Below the pieces are notes generated by a model. The model was not told where the DNA came from, searched no databases, and saw only the letters and a list, made by a program, of their open reading frames with translations. Made by a program: the position numbers and the translations under genes. Of a stretch of 64,000 nt of DNA, positions 1 through 12,884 are shown piece after piece (position 1 is the stretch's first letter; the number at the start of each line of letters is the position of its first letter). Source of the DNA: Harriotta raleighana (taxonomy: Eukaryota); NCBI GenBank assembly GCA_050575255.1, contig JBNZDD010013652.1:2389080-2453079 (forward strand). Direction: 5' to 3'.

Positions 1-429
1 AAAAAAGTTCACCTCTTTGTACGTCGCTGACAGGGAGGATTTCTTGGGAGGTCTGCTCCCAGGTCTCACCAAAGAAGCCATCTACAAAATCATCCACTAA
101 TCGTGTCCCCACAACACAGTCTCTTCCTCTCTACAGAGAAATTGATATCTTATTCCTTTGGTTGAGGTGTTAAACCAGGGTTTTGTCTGCCTGTTCAAGT
201 AGCCAAGTTTGCAGGGCTATGGGGAGAGAGTCATGGCAGAGTGGGATTGATTTGGACAGCTCTTTTCAAGATGGGCCGAACTGTCTCCTTCTACGCTGTA
301 TAATATAATTTGGTATTTCAATCCACTTCTGTTTGTGGGACATTGCTTTGCACAATTTGGCTGATACGTTTTGCCCACATTTATACAGTTAATTCAAATT
401 GCAGTTTTTTTTTAAAGTGCTTTGAGACA

Positions 430-1188
430 ACAACAACAAAATTACCTTTATAGTGCACCATTCACATCGAGAGGACTTTCCAAGGCGCTGAACAGTCAGG
501 TCAGGACCCGAGCAAGGGAGATGGGCAGGGTAGAGGGGAGGAGTGGGAGAGAGTTAGGAGGGAAGGGAGAGAGTTGGGAGGGCAGCAGAAGGCAAGATCG
601 AAGAGCAGAACATAAGAACACAAGAATTAGGAGCAGGAGTAGGCCATTCGGCCCCTCAAGCCTGCCCTGCCATTCAATAAGATCATGGTTGATCTTCTGA
701 CCTAACTCTAATTACCTGACCTATCCCCATATCCCCTAATCCCTCTATTTTAAAAAAATCTATCAGTCTCAGCCTTGAAAATGTTCAAGGCTGAGCATCC
801 ACAGCCTTCAAGAGGGTCTTGAGATCGGACTTGAAGGAGGCAAGGGAGGGAGTGAGGCGAAGGGACTGTGGGATGGAGTTTGAGAGTATGAGGGCAGAGA
901 GGCTGAAAGCCCATCTGCCGATGGTAAGGCGGTCGAGTGGAGGACAAGGAGCCGATCAGAGTTCGCTCAATGGAGGCGGTGGGCAGGTTCATAGGGGGAC
1001 AGCAGGTCAGAGAGATGGGGGGCAGTGGAGGGGCAAGGCCGTGAATGGCCTTGAAAGTGAGGACAAGGGTGGGAGTGGAGCTTAGTGCGGGTGAGGACAT
1101 GAGCTGCAGAGTTCTGGATGATCTGCAGCTTGTGAAGGAAAGAGCCAGGAAGGCCGACGAGGAGGGAGTTTCCATAGTCGAGCCTTGA
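430..1188 (-). mobile_element. L2 3' fragment inserted in a SINE tail and itself interrupted by a CR1 3' end
   Basis: (CAA)n tail at about 428-440; minus strand encodes [18 protein letters not shown] is present on both flanks (423-429 and 1189-1195). Confidence 0.8.
607..812 (-). mobile_element. CR1 LINE 3' end
   Basis: agaacataagaacacaagaa tail plus ggagcaggagtaggccattcggcccctc, typical of fish/shark CR1 3' ends; minus strand reads FKAETDRFF. Confidence 0.8.
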
Positions 1189-3019
1189 TGAGACACCTAG
1201 AAGATTTGAAAAGCGCTATATCAAATGCTATTATTATTATTATAAGCATGAAGCAACAGCTCATCGTGTGGAGAATTTTGGAGACAAATTACGTTGAATT
1301 GCTTTCGTAGAGCCAATGGTGAAGTGTATACATGTACTTGTTTGAAGACGTTTGAAGGTGGGAGATGAAATAGATGAATGTCCAGCCGAGTAACGAAAGG
1401 TGGGTCCAGGAGAAACTTGCTCCTCTTTTCAAATAATACCATGGAATCTTTTAATGTCCGCTTGAACAGATTTTGAGAAATGTCTCAAGGTGTTTTACAA
1501 GTATTAACTGACAAACATAGAGGTTGTTTTAGTAGGCAAATATACTCCTGTGTTTAAGCATGAGCTGGATAAAGGTTCCTGTTTTTTTGCTGAAGTACTA
1601 CCATTGACAGAATGAAAAAAAATCAGTCTTTGAGGTGTTCATCCCTGTTATTCAGGCTTACATATTAACAAGGGTCATATGAAAATCCTGCCTTTCCTTT
1701 TTGATCTTGTTTGGGGTCACCCTCCACCTGGCATGCTGTCCGACTCAGCTACACACTGCCTTTCATGAAGCGCGCTATATAAACAAATTGTTGTTGTGGT
1801 CATTTAAACAAAATACTGGAGAGGTTGGGAAGTATCTTTCGAGCTGGATCCTGCCTTGGTCATATCCTGAAGAGGAGGAGGTGGTGAAGGGGTAGGAGTG
1901 GGAGTCAGATGAAGTCAGAGGAAGGGGTGGAATTTTAAATTATTTTTTTAAACAAATCCAGGTTAAACCAGTAATTGTCGTCTTAAAATTCAGGAAGTAA
2001 CCTGACCCTAGAAGACAAGTCGTGGTTGTCCTTTCACGATGGAATATCTCTTCAAACAGTTTCATAGAGAAAGGAGCCAGCAACATAGGGAGCTGGCAAT
2101 CGAGATCTGAAGCAGAGAATGACCTTTCTCGTAATTGAAAGAACAAACCAAAGGTTTGTTGAAAAGTTAATTACAATGGAGGGAATCGGTAAACTTAAAT
2201 AACACAAACAAAGAAGAACGAAACCAAGTTTCTATACAAGTGCAGTTACAGATTTTTGTTCGGTGGGTGTGGGGGAGGATGAAAAGGAAATCCATCAACT
2301 GTTACATGTCTCATCTAGCAATGTGAAATATAGTGTAAGGTGAAAATAATTGTTGTGGCTGTATTGATTTATCTGGATGCCAGCTACATAAAGAAAAGTG
2401 GTTGACACAACATGCTTACAGTGACACCACAGGTTATAATTCCATCTAGTATTCTCCAATTACCTGCTTTTTATGCATTTGAAAGCACAGCCATTTCTAT
2501 GCAGAAGAACCTACTCTTTTGGAGCACAACACTTGCAATTGTAATCTGATGGGCGAGTGGAGCATCGGCCTTGTTATCTGAAAGGATTGCAATTTCACCC
2601 GACATGTTTCTGCATCTCTGGAGAATGAGCCTAATGACTGCAAAGTAAATGGTTCAAAGTGGCCTCGGACTGAATGGACATTCCCTAGGCCCACTGGCGG
2701 GTCAGTTAGTTTACAAGTGAGTGATACCCTGGGCACATTTTCAGAGCTCCTTGATGGACATGACTGTTCAGCCAGCTCACTTGAGCAGTCAACTGACCCC
2801 CACAACCTGCAACAACCAGGTGTTAGGCTTCATCACATTTGAATCATCACAACTCATGGTACACCCCCGCCCCACCCCACCTATTATTGAACATTTGAGT
2901 TGATTTTAGTGAGAGGTTTCTGATTAGTCTAAAGGTTTCATGTGGACTTTTTCATTTGAAACACTTCTTGGAACCCCTGGCTCAGTTTTAGTGCATTTGA
3001 TCATAAATAAGTCTCTCCA

Positions 3020-4395
3020 TAAAAAGCCAACCTCAATCCCTTAAACCCTAGCTACCAGCCCCCTATCTTAAACCTGCCCTTCATTGCTAAACTTTTAGAA
3101 CGTTGTTGCCAACCAACCCTGTGCACACCTCTCCCTCCATTTTCTATTTGAACCTCTTCAGTCCGGCTTCCGCCCTGCCCACAGTACAGAGGCTGCACTT
3201 GTGAAAGTCACAAACGATAGCCTCTGTATCCATTAACCAGGACTTCTTGTCCTCCTGGACCTCTCTGCTGCCTTCAGCACAGTCGATCATGCCATCCTCC
3301 TCCACCACCTCCTCCACCATCCTCCATCATCCATTTCAATGGGACTGCACTCACTTGGTTCGATTCCTACCTCACTAATCGCCAGCAGTACATCTCTACA
3401 AACGGTTTTTCCTCTCGCTTTCGCCCGGTCACCTGCAGGGTAGCCCAAGGATCCATCCTTGGCCCCCTTCTCTTCCTTATCATGTTCCCTCTGGGTGATG
3501 TCATCCGCAGACACGGGGTAAACTTCCACATGTATGAGGATGACATCCAACTCTATTTTCCTCAAATTGAGATTCAGCCTGTCTGTCAGACATCAAGAGC
3601 TGGATGATTTGGCTCTCGTCGACGTCTTCAGAGCCATGGCTCTCACCTCCTCCACCTACCCGAACTGCCTCTAAAACTCTCCAAACCCGTAAGCAATCTA
3701 GGCGTCAGGTTCGAACCTCAATTATCCTTCCATCCCCACATCCAGTCCCACACCAGCACCGCCTTCTTCCATCTCTGCCACAATGCCCATCTTCTCCAAT
3801 ATCTCACCCCCAAGGCTTCCGAAATCCTGATCTATGTCTTTTGTCACCTCTCGGCTGAACTCCTAATTTCCAATGCCCTCCTTCCCGTTCTCCCCTCCAC
3901 CACCATTCACAAAATCCAGCTCTTTCAAAATACCTCCGCCCGCATTCTCACCCGAACCAAACTTTGCTCCCCGATTACCCCAGATCTTGCCAGACATCAC
4001 TGGCTTCCTGTCTCAGAGCAGATCGTTTTCAAGATCCTCACTCTTGTGTTCAAATCCCTCCACTCCTCTGCACCCCCCTACATCTCTAACTTCCTCTCTC
4101 CTCACAACAGTACCCATTCCCTTCGCTCTACTGGGTCTGGCCTCCTCCTTCTCCACCGTCGGTGGCCGTGCCTTCAGCCACTACTCCCCGAAGTTCTAGA
4201 TCTCCCTCCCTCACTCCCTTTGCCTTGCCTCCTCCTTTCCCATTTTCAGGTCGTGCTTGAATAGTTTTCTATTCGACCGTACATTATGTCACCTTTTTCC
4301 CCCTCCTCCTGGCTCAGCTATGGGCTCTGCTTTGTGAAGCATTCTGAGACGTCATCTAGCATGGAGGGTGCTTTATAAATCCGGGATATTGTTGA
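3020..4395 (+). mobile_element. Degraded 5'-truncated L2-clade LINE (RT domain to 3' tail)
   Basis: Frameshifted RT motifs: [60 protein letters not shown] (YADD-like). Followed by a C-rich 3' region and the L2 tail. Confidence 0.9.
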
Positions 4396-5194
4396 TGGAT
4401 AGTTACTTATAAGCTTTAATTAACTTCCAAAAGATGTCACATATTGGGTGTAAATAAAGTATCCATAAGATACTTCTGGATACTTGCAATACAGGCTGTA
4501 AAGACATATAAAATGGAACAAACTGCGTGTCCTTCATTCACTTCATGATTATCTATTTATTCCCTCTGTGCTGTACTGCATTGCGCGAGAACTAAGCTAG
4601 TCCAGAACCTCGGTGTCCTGTTTGACCCTCAACTATCCTTTCTACCCCATATCCATGCCATTACCCACTCTCTCAGCCTTCCCTCAGCGACACAACATTG
4701 CCCAGCTCCGCCACTGTCTCACAACTCAGGCACAGAAATAACAACAGCAACAAGAAAATTACACTTGTATAACGGCTTTCAAGTCAAGAGAACGTTCCAA
4801 AGTGCTGAAACTCTCATACACACATTCACATCATACGCACTCAACTATATATGCTGCCTTTGTGCAAATTCTCCTTACCACCCATCCCTGCACTGTTGCG
4901 TATCATGTTTCTCATTTTATTTTACACTTTAAATAAGGGGACTATTTTCTCCTCCATGTTAGAATTCTTATACCAGCTAAACCTCTCATCTGTGCACAAT
5001 GAAGAAAGTGAAATACTCGACTTTGTGCTATGTTAATTTTCTGCTGTGGAAAGTAAATCGTAGGATCTTATTTAAATCAGGTCACAGGGGATGTGAAGGA
5101 CAATTCCTGAGGCTGAGAGCAGCTCAGGGCGCAAAGATTTAGACTCAAATCTGCAATCCTACAAAAGTTTATCTATCCACCGTGTCATAATGTT

Positions 5195-5630
5195 GATAAT
5201 AATCTTTGTATTTGATATGCTACTTTTATGTCAGTAGGATGTTTCAAAGCGCTTCACGGATACTGGAACGTGTAGTAACTACATTTTCTAGGCTGTTGGG
5301 AAAAATCAATTTGTTCACCGTAATTATGCCTTGGGACATCCTCCCAATGTGAAAGGCACTTTACAAATGTAATTTTGTTGTTGTAATGTCCCAACAATAG
5401 CCAAGAAGTGAATGACCAATTATATTTGGGTTATTGTTGGCCGGGACACCAGGAGAAACTACCTTTGCTTATAGGACAGGGGCATGAGATATTTAACATC
5501 TATTTGAACAGGTGGCAAAGTCTCGGTTTAGCGTCTAATTCAAAGGATGACACCTCTGATGATGTACTGCTCCCTAGAACTCCAGTGTCAGCCTAAATGC
5601 TGAGCACAAAGATCGATATAGGGCTTGAAC
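5195..5630 (-). mobile_element. Deu-domain SINE containing a short L2 tail at ~5327-5385
   Basis: ggccgggacaccaggagaa...tttaacatctatttgaacag...ctcggtttagcgtctaattcaaaggatgacacctc is the reverse complement of the Deu core. Confidence 0.75.
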
Positions 5631-7104
5631 ACTTCTCCCCATTAAGATGGGGAACACAGCTGAGATATTCAGCTTGGATGGAAGATGTATACTATTACTT
5701 ACTGAAAACTGGTGAATAGGAATGGAATGCGAGCATGGAAGAAACTAAAATGAGTGGTTTGTTCCTCTGGCACAGCCACCGGACTACCTGCTTCTGCCCG
5801 TTGAGTGGAAAATCTATTCGTGGCTTTCAGTTGAGACTGAACTGGTGAGCTCCAGACAGCATGTCACATGAATTCCTCTTGCGCACTGTCAATTTAAATC
5901 CTATACTGATAGACTCCAGGCAGTGTTATATATTGCCTTCATGTGCAAGTGAATTACCATCCAGAAAGTCAGATCAAGACGATGCTTTCTATAACCTGCT
6001 GCAGAAGTCAGATGTCCTGATATGTGACCTTGAATGACTGTTCTCAAAAGAGAAATCAAGACGATTGATGATTAAAACATTATGGCAAAAATTTACACAG
6101 AAATATCAATGAGCTGTATCTGTTACAAGTTAATATGCTTTTAACTGCGGCATGGTCATATTCACAATGCAGACGATTGCTTTTAATTTGCTGAATTTAA
6201 ATATTGTAGAAAGGACACCTTTAATGGTTGGTGCAGAAGGCTACCAGAACTGGTAACAGAAACAAAGAGTGAATATAGTGGATTTAGATTAAAATGGATT
6301 TAGATTTTCAATTTCCTTACATTTAATATGAAAATATTAACTCTCTGGCAGTTCGCATAAGGTACTGTACAGGGAAATCTGTTGTAAATAACCAACTCCA
6401 AAACTGATTTGAGTGATTTAGCAGAGAGGATTGGAACTCCCTTGTTAGTCAAATTGATTGCTTGGAGTGAAACTGAGCCATGCAGATTTGAAAGGTCCCA
6501 GGTTCAATCCCTGGTATGTTCTGAGTTAGCTGATTGCAGCTGTGTCTAATACAGATCAAGTCAAGATTTGCAAAGTTGTCATTTGCATTGGCATTAACTA
6601 TCACTCCAAATAGGTGGGCTTCATTCTCAGGCCAGAAATTCTGAAAAAGTCAGAAGGAGGTGGGTTCAAGCCCCCCAAATGGGACTTTGAATTTATATTG
6701 ACATTGAAATGTAATGCTGCAGGATTGGTGCAATGTTGGAGGTGCTTTCTTTCGAATGAGCCAATAAAGCAAAGTCATGTCATGTCTGCCTGTTTAGGTG
6801 CAAGTTAAATATTGCTTGGAACCACCCAAAATAGTTTCTTCCAGTGTCCTGGCCAACAATCTCCCAGGTAAAATTGTCCATTCACTTCATGGCTATTTGG
6901 GACATTGCTGTATTCAAAAGTAGCTTTTGTTTGCCTCCAAATGCATAGTAACTACACTTCAATAAAATCCTGTGAAGTGCTTTGAAACATCTTAATAATA
7001 ATCATGAATCCTTGTATTTGATATAGCATCCTATATTATGAACATTTCTCAGTCTTTTAAAATAATTATCATCAAGATGTGTCAAAAACAAACTGCATAA
7101 CACT

Positions 7105-7225
7105 GGAGATACTTGAAATCTGAAACAAAAACAGAGATCTCTGGGAACACTCAGCAGGTCAGGCTGCATCTATGGAGAAAGGAAAGTGAGTCAATGTTTC
7201 GGGTCTACGACCTTTTGTCTGAACT
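7105..7225 (-). mobile_element. Single arm of the hairpin/Penelope-like element (duplicated at ~14069-14189)
   Basis: gaaatctgaaacaaaaacagagatctctgggaacactcagcaggtcagg...gtttcgggtctacgacc is homologous to the arms at 21009-21193. Confidence 0.7.
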
Positions 7226-10200
7226 GGGGCATGTTGGGAGGGAGAGGCTTTTAAGGACTATCAGAGGGGTGTTGTTGGGCAAGGAAGACAAAGGAGAGGA
7301 AAGAAGATAATGGGTTAAGAAAGTACTAATGATGCAAAACAAAAGGTGGTACTGCAACAAAACAGGAGAGATGTGATAATAATGTTTTATTATTATTCCT
7401 ATTATCAAAGGACCTGTGAGAAACTGGCTTTTAAATTAAGCCTGAATTTAAGAATTTTCCTAAATTAGTCTTGCATTTTAAGAGCGTGATCTTCAGGCTA
7501 ACATCATGAAAACGTTCAGAGTATTGGATTCTCTCCATCTGGACAATGCAATCATGGTGACAGTGTGTTGCCGAGAGAGGACTAGATTGATTCTGTGTGA
7601 AGCACTGTATAAATCTTTGAAAATGTGTGATGATATCAAGCATTGCTCACTGCCACAAGGTTTGCTTTATTTTACCAGCCATTGCACATTTTGCAAATGT
7701 TTCTGTGGCAAATTACTCGATTGAATGCTTTAAACCCTTTCGATAACTTTCATTATCAATCTGTCGATGGATTTTCAGGTTTGATAACCTTTTCAGTCCT
7801 GCACTGATAACCCAGCTACTAAATTCCACATCCGTCGATATCTGTACCGTCGATATTCTTGACAGTGGTATAATCATAAAGTCATAGCTGGCTGGTGAAT
7901 ACTAATCACCATGGCATGATGTGAAAAGCCTTTTTATATAAAAAAAACAAATGGCCTGGCTCAGTTAATAGCGAGTTTGTCTCTGAAATAAAGGCCCCAA
8001 CATCAGGACTTTGAACTCGCATACTCTAGTCTAGACTGACATAGCAATGCAATGCTGGGGGTTTGCAGCAGGGTTGGAGCTGTTGTCCTTCGGAAGAGAT
8101 ATTAATCCAAGTGTGTCTGTTCAGGTGGATGTTAAAGTACACAACCTCAAGTATGAAACAAATGTATTCATGCCTATAAAACTGACATCAAATGTCACGT
8201 AAGAAGTCTTTTACCTAAGATAATGTGTCGGAACACTTTGCAAGGGTGGAGATCAATTACCGAACAAGTGAAAAGGTTGAGAGGTCACCAAAGGTGCAGA
8301 GGGAGAGATAGTTTTTTGCGGCAACATTTAAAGACAGATAGAGAGGTAGTGAGATGGAGGGGTAGACGGAGAGCGATCCAGAGGGAGATTGAAGATGGCT
8401 ACCAATGGTGTCAGGGAAAGATAGCAGATCTGTGTTAGGCAGCTTAGTAAGACAACACTCTGGGATGCTACCCTGCATGAGAGGCACTATATAAATGCAA
8501 GTTGTTGTTATATAAATGGAAACTGTATTGCAATAAGAAGTGTATTTATAAAGTTAGATAGGAGTTAGGAAACAGAGGGGTAAATTCAGTTTTTGATGGT
8601 ATTTAGTATGAAGAATAAAAGAGAACTGAGGAGCGATGCGAAGGCCAAGTTTGCACATTGGTGGATTATTTGAAAATAATTCAATAACATAATAAACTCG
8701 CTTTTAATGTGGAATGGTGTTGTGGAGGTAAACAACTAATCTGTGACAACAAAATCCCACAAAGAGCAGTGAGATAAGTAGTCAAATTAATTTCAGTGTT
8801 TTGGAGAATTATTCGCCAAGACACATTGCTCATTTCAGATTTCAAGGGAAATAAACTATTCCCTTACAACATTTCTTTACATCCTTCCCTATGAATCCAG
8901 TCCAAACTGAGAAGTTTGGCTGTGTTCATAACAGCACAAGAGTCATGCAAGTTTCTCTGCAAAAGACATTGTACGTATCTTAACTTGTAAAGCCATGAGC
9001 AAAATCTCAATAGAGCTTTTCTGTGTAATCAGCCCTGTTTCCTAAAGTACATGTTTGTAAACATCTCTGTAACCTTCTTCACTCAAGCCAACTTGGTTGT
9101 TCCTTTCACTAGCTAGCACTGGCCTATTCCACAACCACTGCTCTATCTGGCCCATCATCAGTAGGCAAGCTATCAGCCACTTGGCACCCACTGTCTGGAA
9201 CTCGATTCGTAGAATTCTCCGGCTGGCTCCCTCCCTCCTTTGCAATGTGCATCTCAAAATATACTTCTTTGATCCTAATTCTTTGGTTGTTTTTCCCCTC
9301 CTCACCCACCCCTCCCTCAGCTCTCGCCGTCAATCATTTGGGGAACTTGTCTTCCGGACATATTAGGCACTATTATGTGTAAATTATATTGTATAAACAG
9401 CCTCACCGATCTGCCTTGTGTTATCCTGAGGAATTTGTACCTATGCTCAGGTTGTTTTAATGCAGTTTAATAGTCAATTGCCTTTGTCCCACCTTAAAAC
9501 CTACCTCTTTGACCATATCTATTAAAACCTTTCTCCTCTGCTCTGCTCAGTGTAAAGTTTTCCAGGACATTACCACAAATGAAGGGCTGCATTAATCAAG
9601 TTGTTGCTATAAGATCCATGAAAAACAAGTGTACTCGCACTGATCGCATTTCAGGCTCCAGGATTCTGCAGAATTGTCAATAGGGAACATCTGTAATGTT
9701 CCCTTAAGACCAAATAGAAATTCCGGTTAAATTAACTCAAATCAGTTTTATCTTGCACTCGACTATTAATGTTCCATTGTAGGTTACCCCGTAATGCACA
9801 TGCCAACTGGAGTCTCTGGACTCAATCTTTAAGCTGAAATCATGGAGGAGTAATATTTCTTTTGCATTAATTCTCATGTGTGAGTGTTTTGAATGCGAAC
9901 CAAAAAAAACACATTTCAACAGGGTTTGCATCCCAAACAGCTGCTATATTGGGATAACGGGATAATAATTGGGATAATTGCTCTTCATTGGGATAATGAA
10001 ATGGAGGCATTCAAGAGGAAGCTAGACATTTGTTTGAGGGAAAGGGGAATAGAAGAGTTTGGGAGGGCGTCAGGAATGGGTGGAGATTCATGAGAAATAT
10101 AAAGACTAGCACATATTAATTGGGCCAAGTTGCTTGTTGCTAGGCTTTTTTGTAAACATTTTTTGTAAACTTTGAGGCTTGGCTCCTGGCACTGCAGATT

Positions 10201-10493
10201 GATCTTTTAGCTGCCTCAGGGATGTGTAGATGTTCCACGACTGCGGGAGGGGGAAAACAATCTTTTTTTTAAAAAAAGGGATGAAGGCAGGATCCAAAGT
10301 TTCTTAAAGTCCCTTTTGAATCAGTCATTTTGAGTAGTAATTACCAGCTTCAAGTGTTGGGCATCTAAGACACATGTTCTATGTGAAATGCAAAGTGAAT
10401 GACTAGACAGTGAGTGTCTGGCCATGGCCACACTGTGATGTTATTGAGTCTGAGCTCCCTGTGACCAACCTGTGTTTGTTTTGTCTTGTCCAG

Positions 10494-10570
10494 GTTTTGC
10501 TGAGTTTGAGTGTCAGAACAGACATAAGAACTCGTCACATTGAATGCAAACACTACATAATGCCTGAAGT
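10494..10570 (+). other. TENM3: 5' UTR portion of the TENM3 first coding exon (spliced from an upstream non-coding exon not identified here)
   Basis: Pyrimidine-rich acceptor tgtgtttgttttgtcttgtccAG ends at 10493, 77 nt upstream of the ATG. Confidence 0.75.
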
Positions 10571-10799
10571 ATGGATGTGAAAGAACGAAGGCCGTACTGC
10601 TCCCTCACCAAAACCAGACGAGACAAAGAACGACGCTACACAAATTCCTCAGGGGACAACGACGAGTGTCGAGTGCCCACTCAGAAATCCTACAGCTCCA
10701 GTGAAACCCTGAAGGCTTATGATCATGACACAAGACTGATGTATGGAAATAGAGTTACAGATCTTGTTCACAGGGAAGCTGATGAATACCCTAGACCAG
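10571..10799 (+). CDS. TENM3: Teneurin-3, first coding exon (N-terminal intracellular domain), copy 1
   Basis: Translates [76 protein letters not shown], matching the vertebrate teneurin-3 N-terminus ([14 protein letters not shown]..., [11 protein letters not shown]). It has 76 codons plus 1 nt, then donor CAG|GTAAAG at 10800. Confidence 0.96.
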
Positions 10800-12884
10800 G
10801 TAAAGAAAAAGGACTTCTTTCACTTTAACATACCATTTAAGTGAATGCTGTGGTCATATATTCCCTCACTTTCCCTTCACTTCCGTTTTCTTTTCATGGT
10901 GCTGTGGGTTACTTAGATTTGCTTATGCTAAATAATTCCATTCAGTAAATCCTTTACAAAGCAGAAGGCAGTAGAATTGAATTATTCACGTTTTTGTCCC
11001 ACAGCATTTGGGACATGTAGTGAGACACTGGGTTTTATCTGTGTGGTATTCAGACGATCTGTACCATGGGTTGGGCAAAAACAAACCAAGACCCAAAATA
11101 AATAAGTAAATGTTGAAGTTTGACCTGGTTGCAGCAACAAACAAAACACATTTCATCCATAGCTTAGCTTTTTGTGATAAATGGACTACATTTCATATTA
11201 CATTTTCTAAATTGGAAATTTAATTGAATTCCATAAATTTCTGCACTCCTGCTTTTCTCGCTCTTCAATATTAAAATTCTAGGGAGAAAACAGTTCAGGA
11301 TTTCACCTTATCTAAACCTTTAAGACTGTTTTGTCTTAAAAATAAAGATTGGTAGGACATTTGTGACATTTTATAGATCAATCTTTATTTAATTCAACTT
11401 TAATGCAAATCTACGCCAGTTCTTTTTTTTAAAAAACTGCAGAAAAATTGCTTTCAAATGAAGACCGAATTGAACGGTTTTCCAGAATTCTACTTCTGCT
11501 TGAAGTCAAAATGTTATTTTGAAAAATGCTTGACCAGGCAAGATGATGGTCCTTTAACACTTTCAAAAAATGTGTGGGAAGTTCTTTTATACTACAGTAC
11601 GACTAATAATAACAACAATGTGAACATCTTGAGCTCAGAAGAGGGAAGATAAAAAAAAATTCCATTCACATGGAATTCCACTCTCTATACCTAAAAGTAT
11701 CCAAATTAAACTACTGAGAGAAGAAGTAGCTCCAGAGTGGAAACCTGATCTGCTCAGTAATGTCCAGTTCAGGTTAAAAAGGTAAAGGGAATATCTAAGA
11801 ATGAGCTTGTGCTGATAATGGATCGGTGCTTCTCCTGGAGCTCGGAGAATCTTCCTCAGACCTTCCTCAAAATAATATGGAGAAATCCTTTGTTCCCAAA
11901 ATTGGTGGGGGGTGGGTTTTCTCTCTGATTTCCCTCCCAGCACTGGGAGAGATGTGTAGGTGTATACTGTTAGGCAGGTGCAGTGAGGTTGGCTCCTTCT
12001 CAAGAGTTTACCCATTGGTCTTCTAGGCCTTTTGTTTTCATTCATTTATGTCTGTATCCATGTATCTAAGTGTATGCTACATAGAATTGCATTTATGACA
12101 TGAGACGAAAGCAAGCCATTTAGCACAATTGGCCCATGCCAGTGCTCATACTCCTCCTCCTTATGTTCCCCTTTCCTATACCTCTGAACTCCCTTCTCCT
12201 ACATTATGTGTTTTTAAAATATATTGAAGCAGTTTGATCGTCCCCAGCTTCTGGCAACAAGTTCCACATATGTACGGACACTTGGTGAAATGACATTTCA
12301 GATTAAATTACTTTACACAGAGTGGTGAATAGACAACCAGGGAGGTAGATTGTGGCATCTAATTTAATAATAATCTTTACATTTGATATTGCACTTTCAC
12401 ATAAGGAGGACATCTCAAACCATTTCACAGGATGGATGTAAAGCCAATTCACGCATCAAAACATCCATAAGTCCACAGGACACCTGCCTTGATAAGATAG
12501 GCCAATAGAAAAGTGCAGCTGCAATTTTTTTTCACGGAATTCTTAAAACATCTTCCTCCGCTACAAATGGTCTCCGCTGCTACAAACATGTAGAATTGCA
12601 GTGTGCGTGGGGCACTGGGCCTCTGCTCATTGCTACCGGCTGTTTACTTGAGGCCTCTGCTCTGGGCGGAATGGCTCTGAATGTGCATGCATGACGCGAC
12701 GTGTGTGTGAAATGGGATTTGCTTCACTCTGCGGCCCCACTGTTTAGATTGTCTTCGTGTCTCTGTACGTTTGTAAGTGTCTCTGTGTTTGTCTCACGGT
12801 CTGTATGTGTCTGAGAGTATCTTTCTGTATCTGTAGGTGTGCATGTCTCTCTCATTGTCTGTCGCTCTCTCTCTGTCTGTGAGT

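Noticed and set aside
3020-4395. Functional or domesticated reverse transcriptase
   Set aside because: Multiple frameshifts and stops, and an altered catalytic motif (YEDD).
11635-12045. 136 aa minus-strand ORF and the other 60-150 aa ORFs in the track
   Set aside because: No recognisable domain, many begin at non-ATG codons, and their lengths fit chance or repeat-derived frames.
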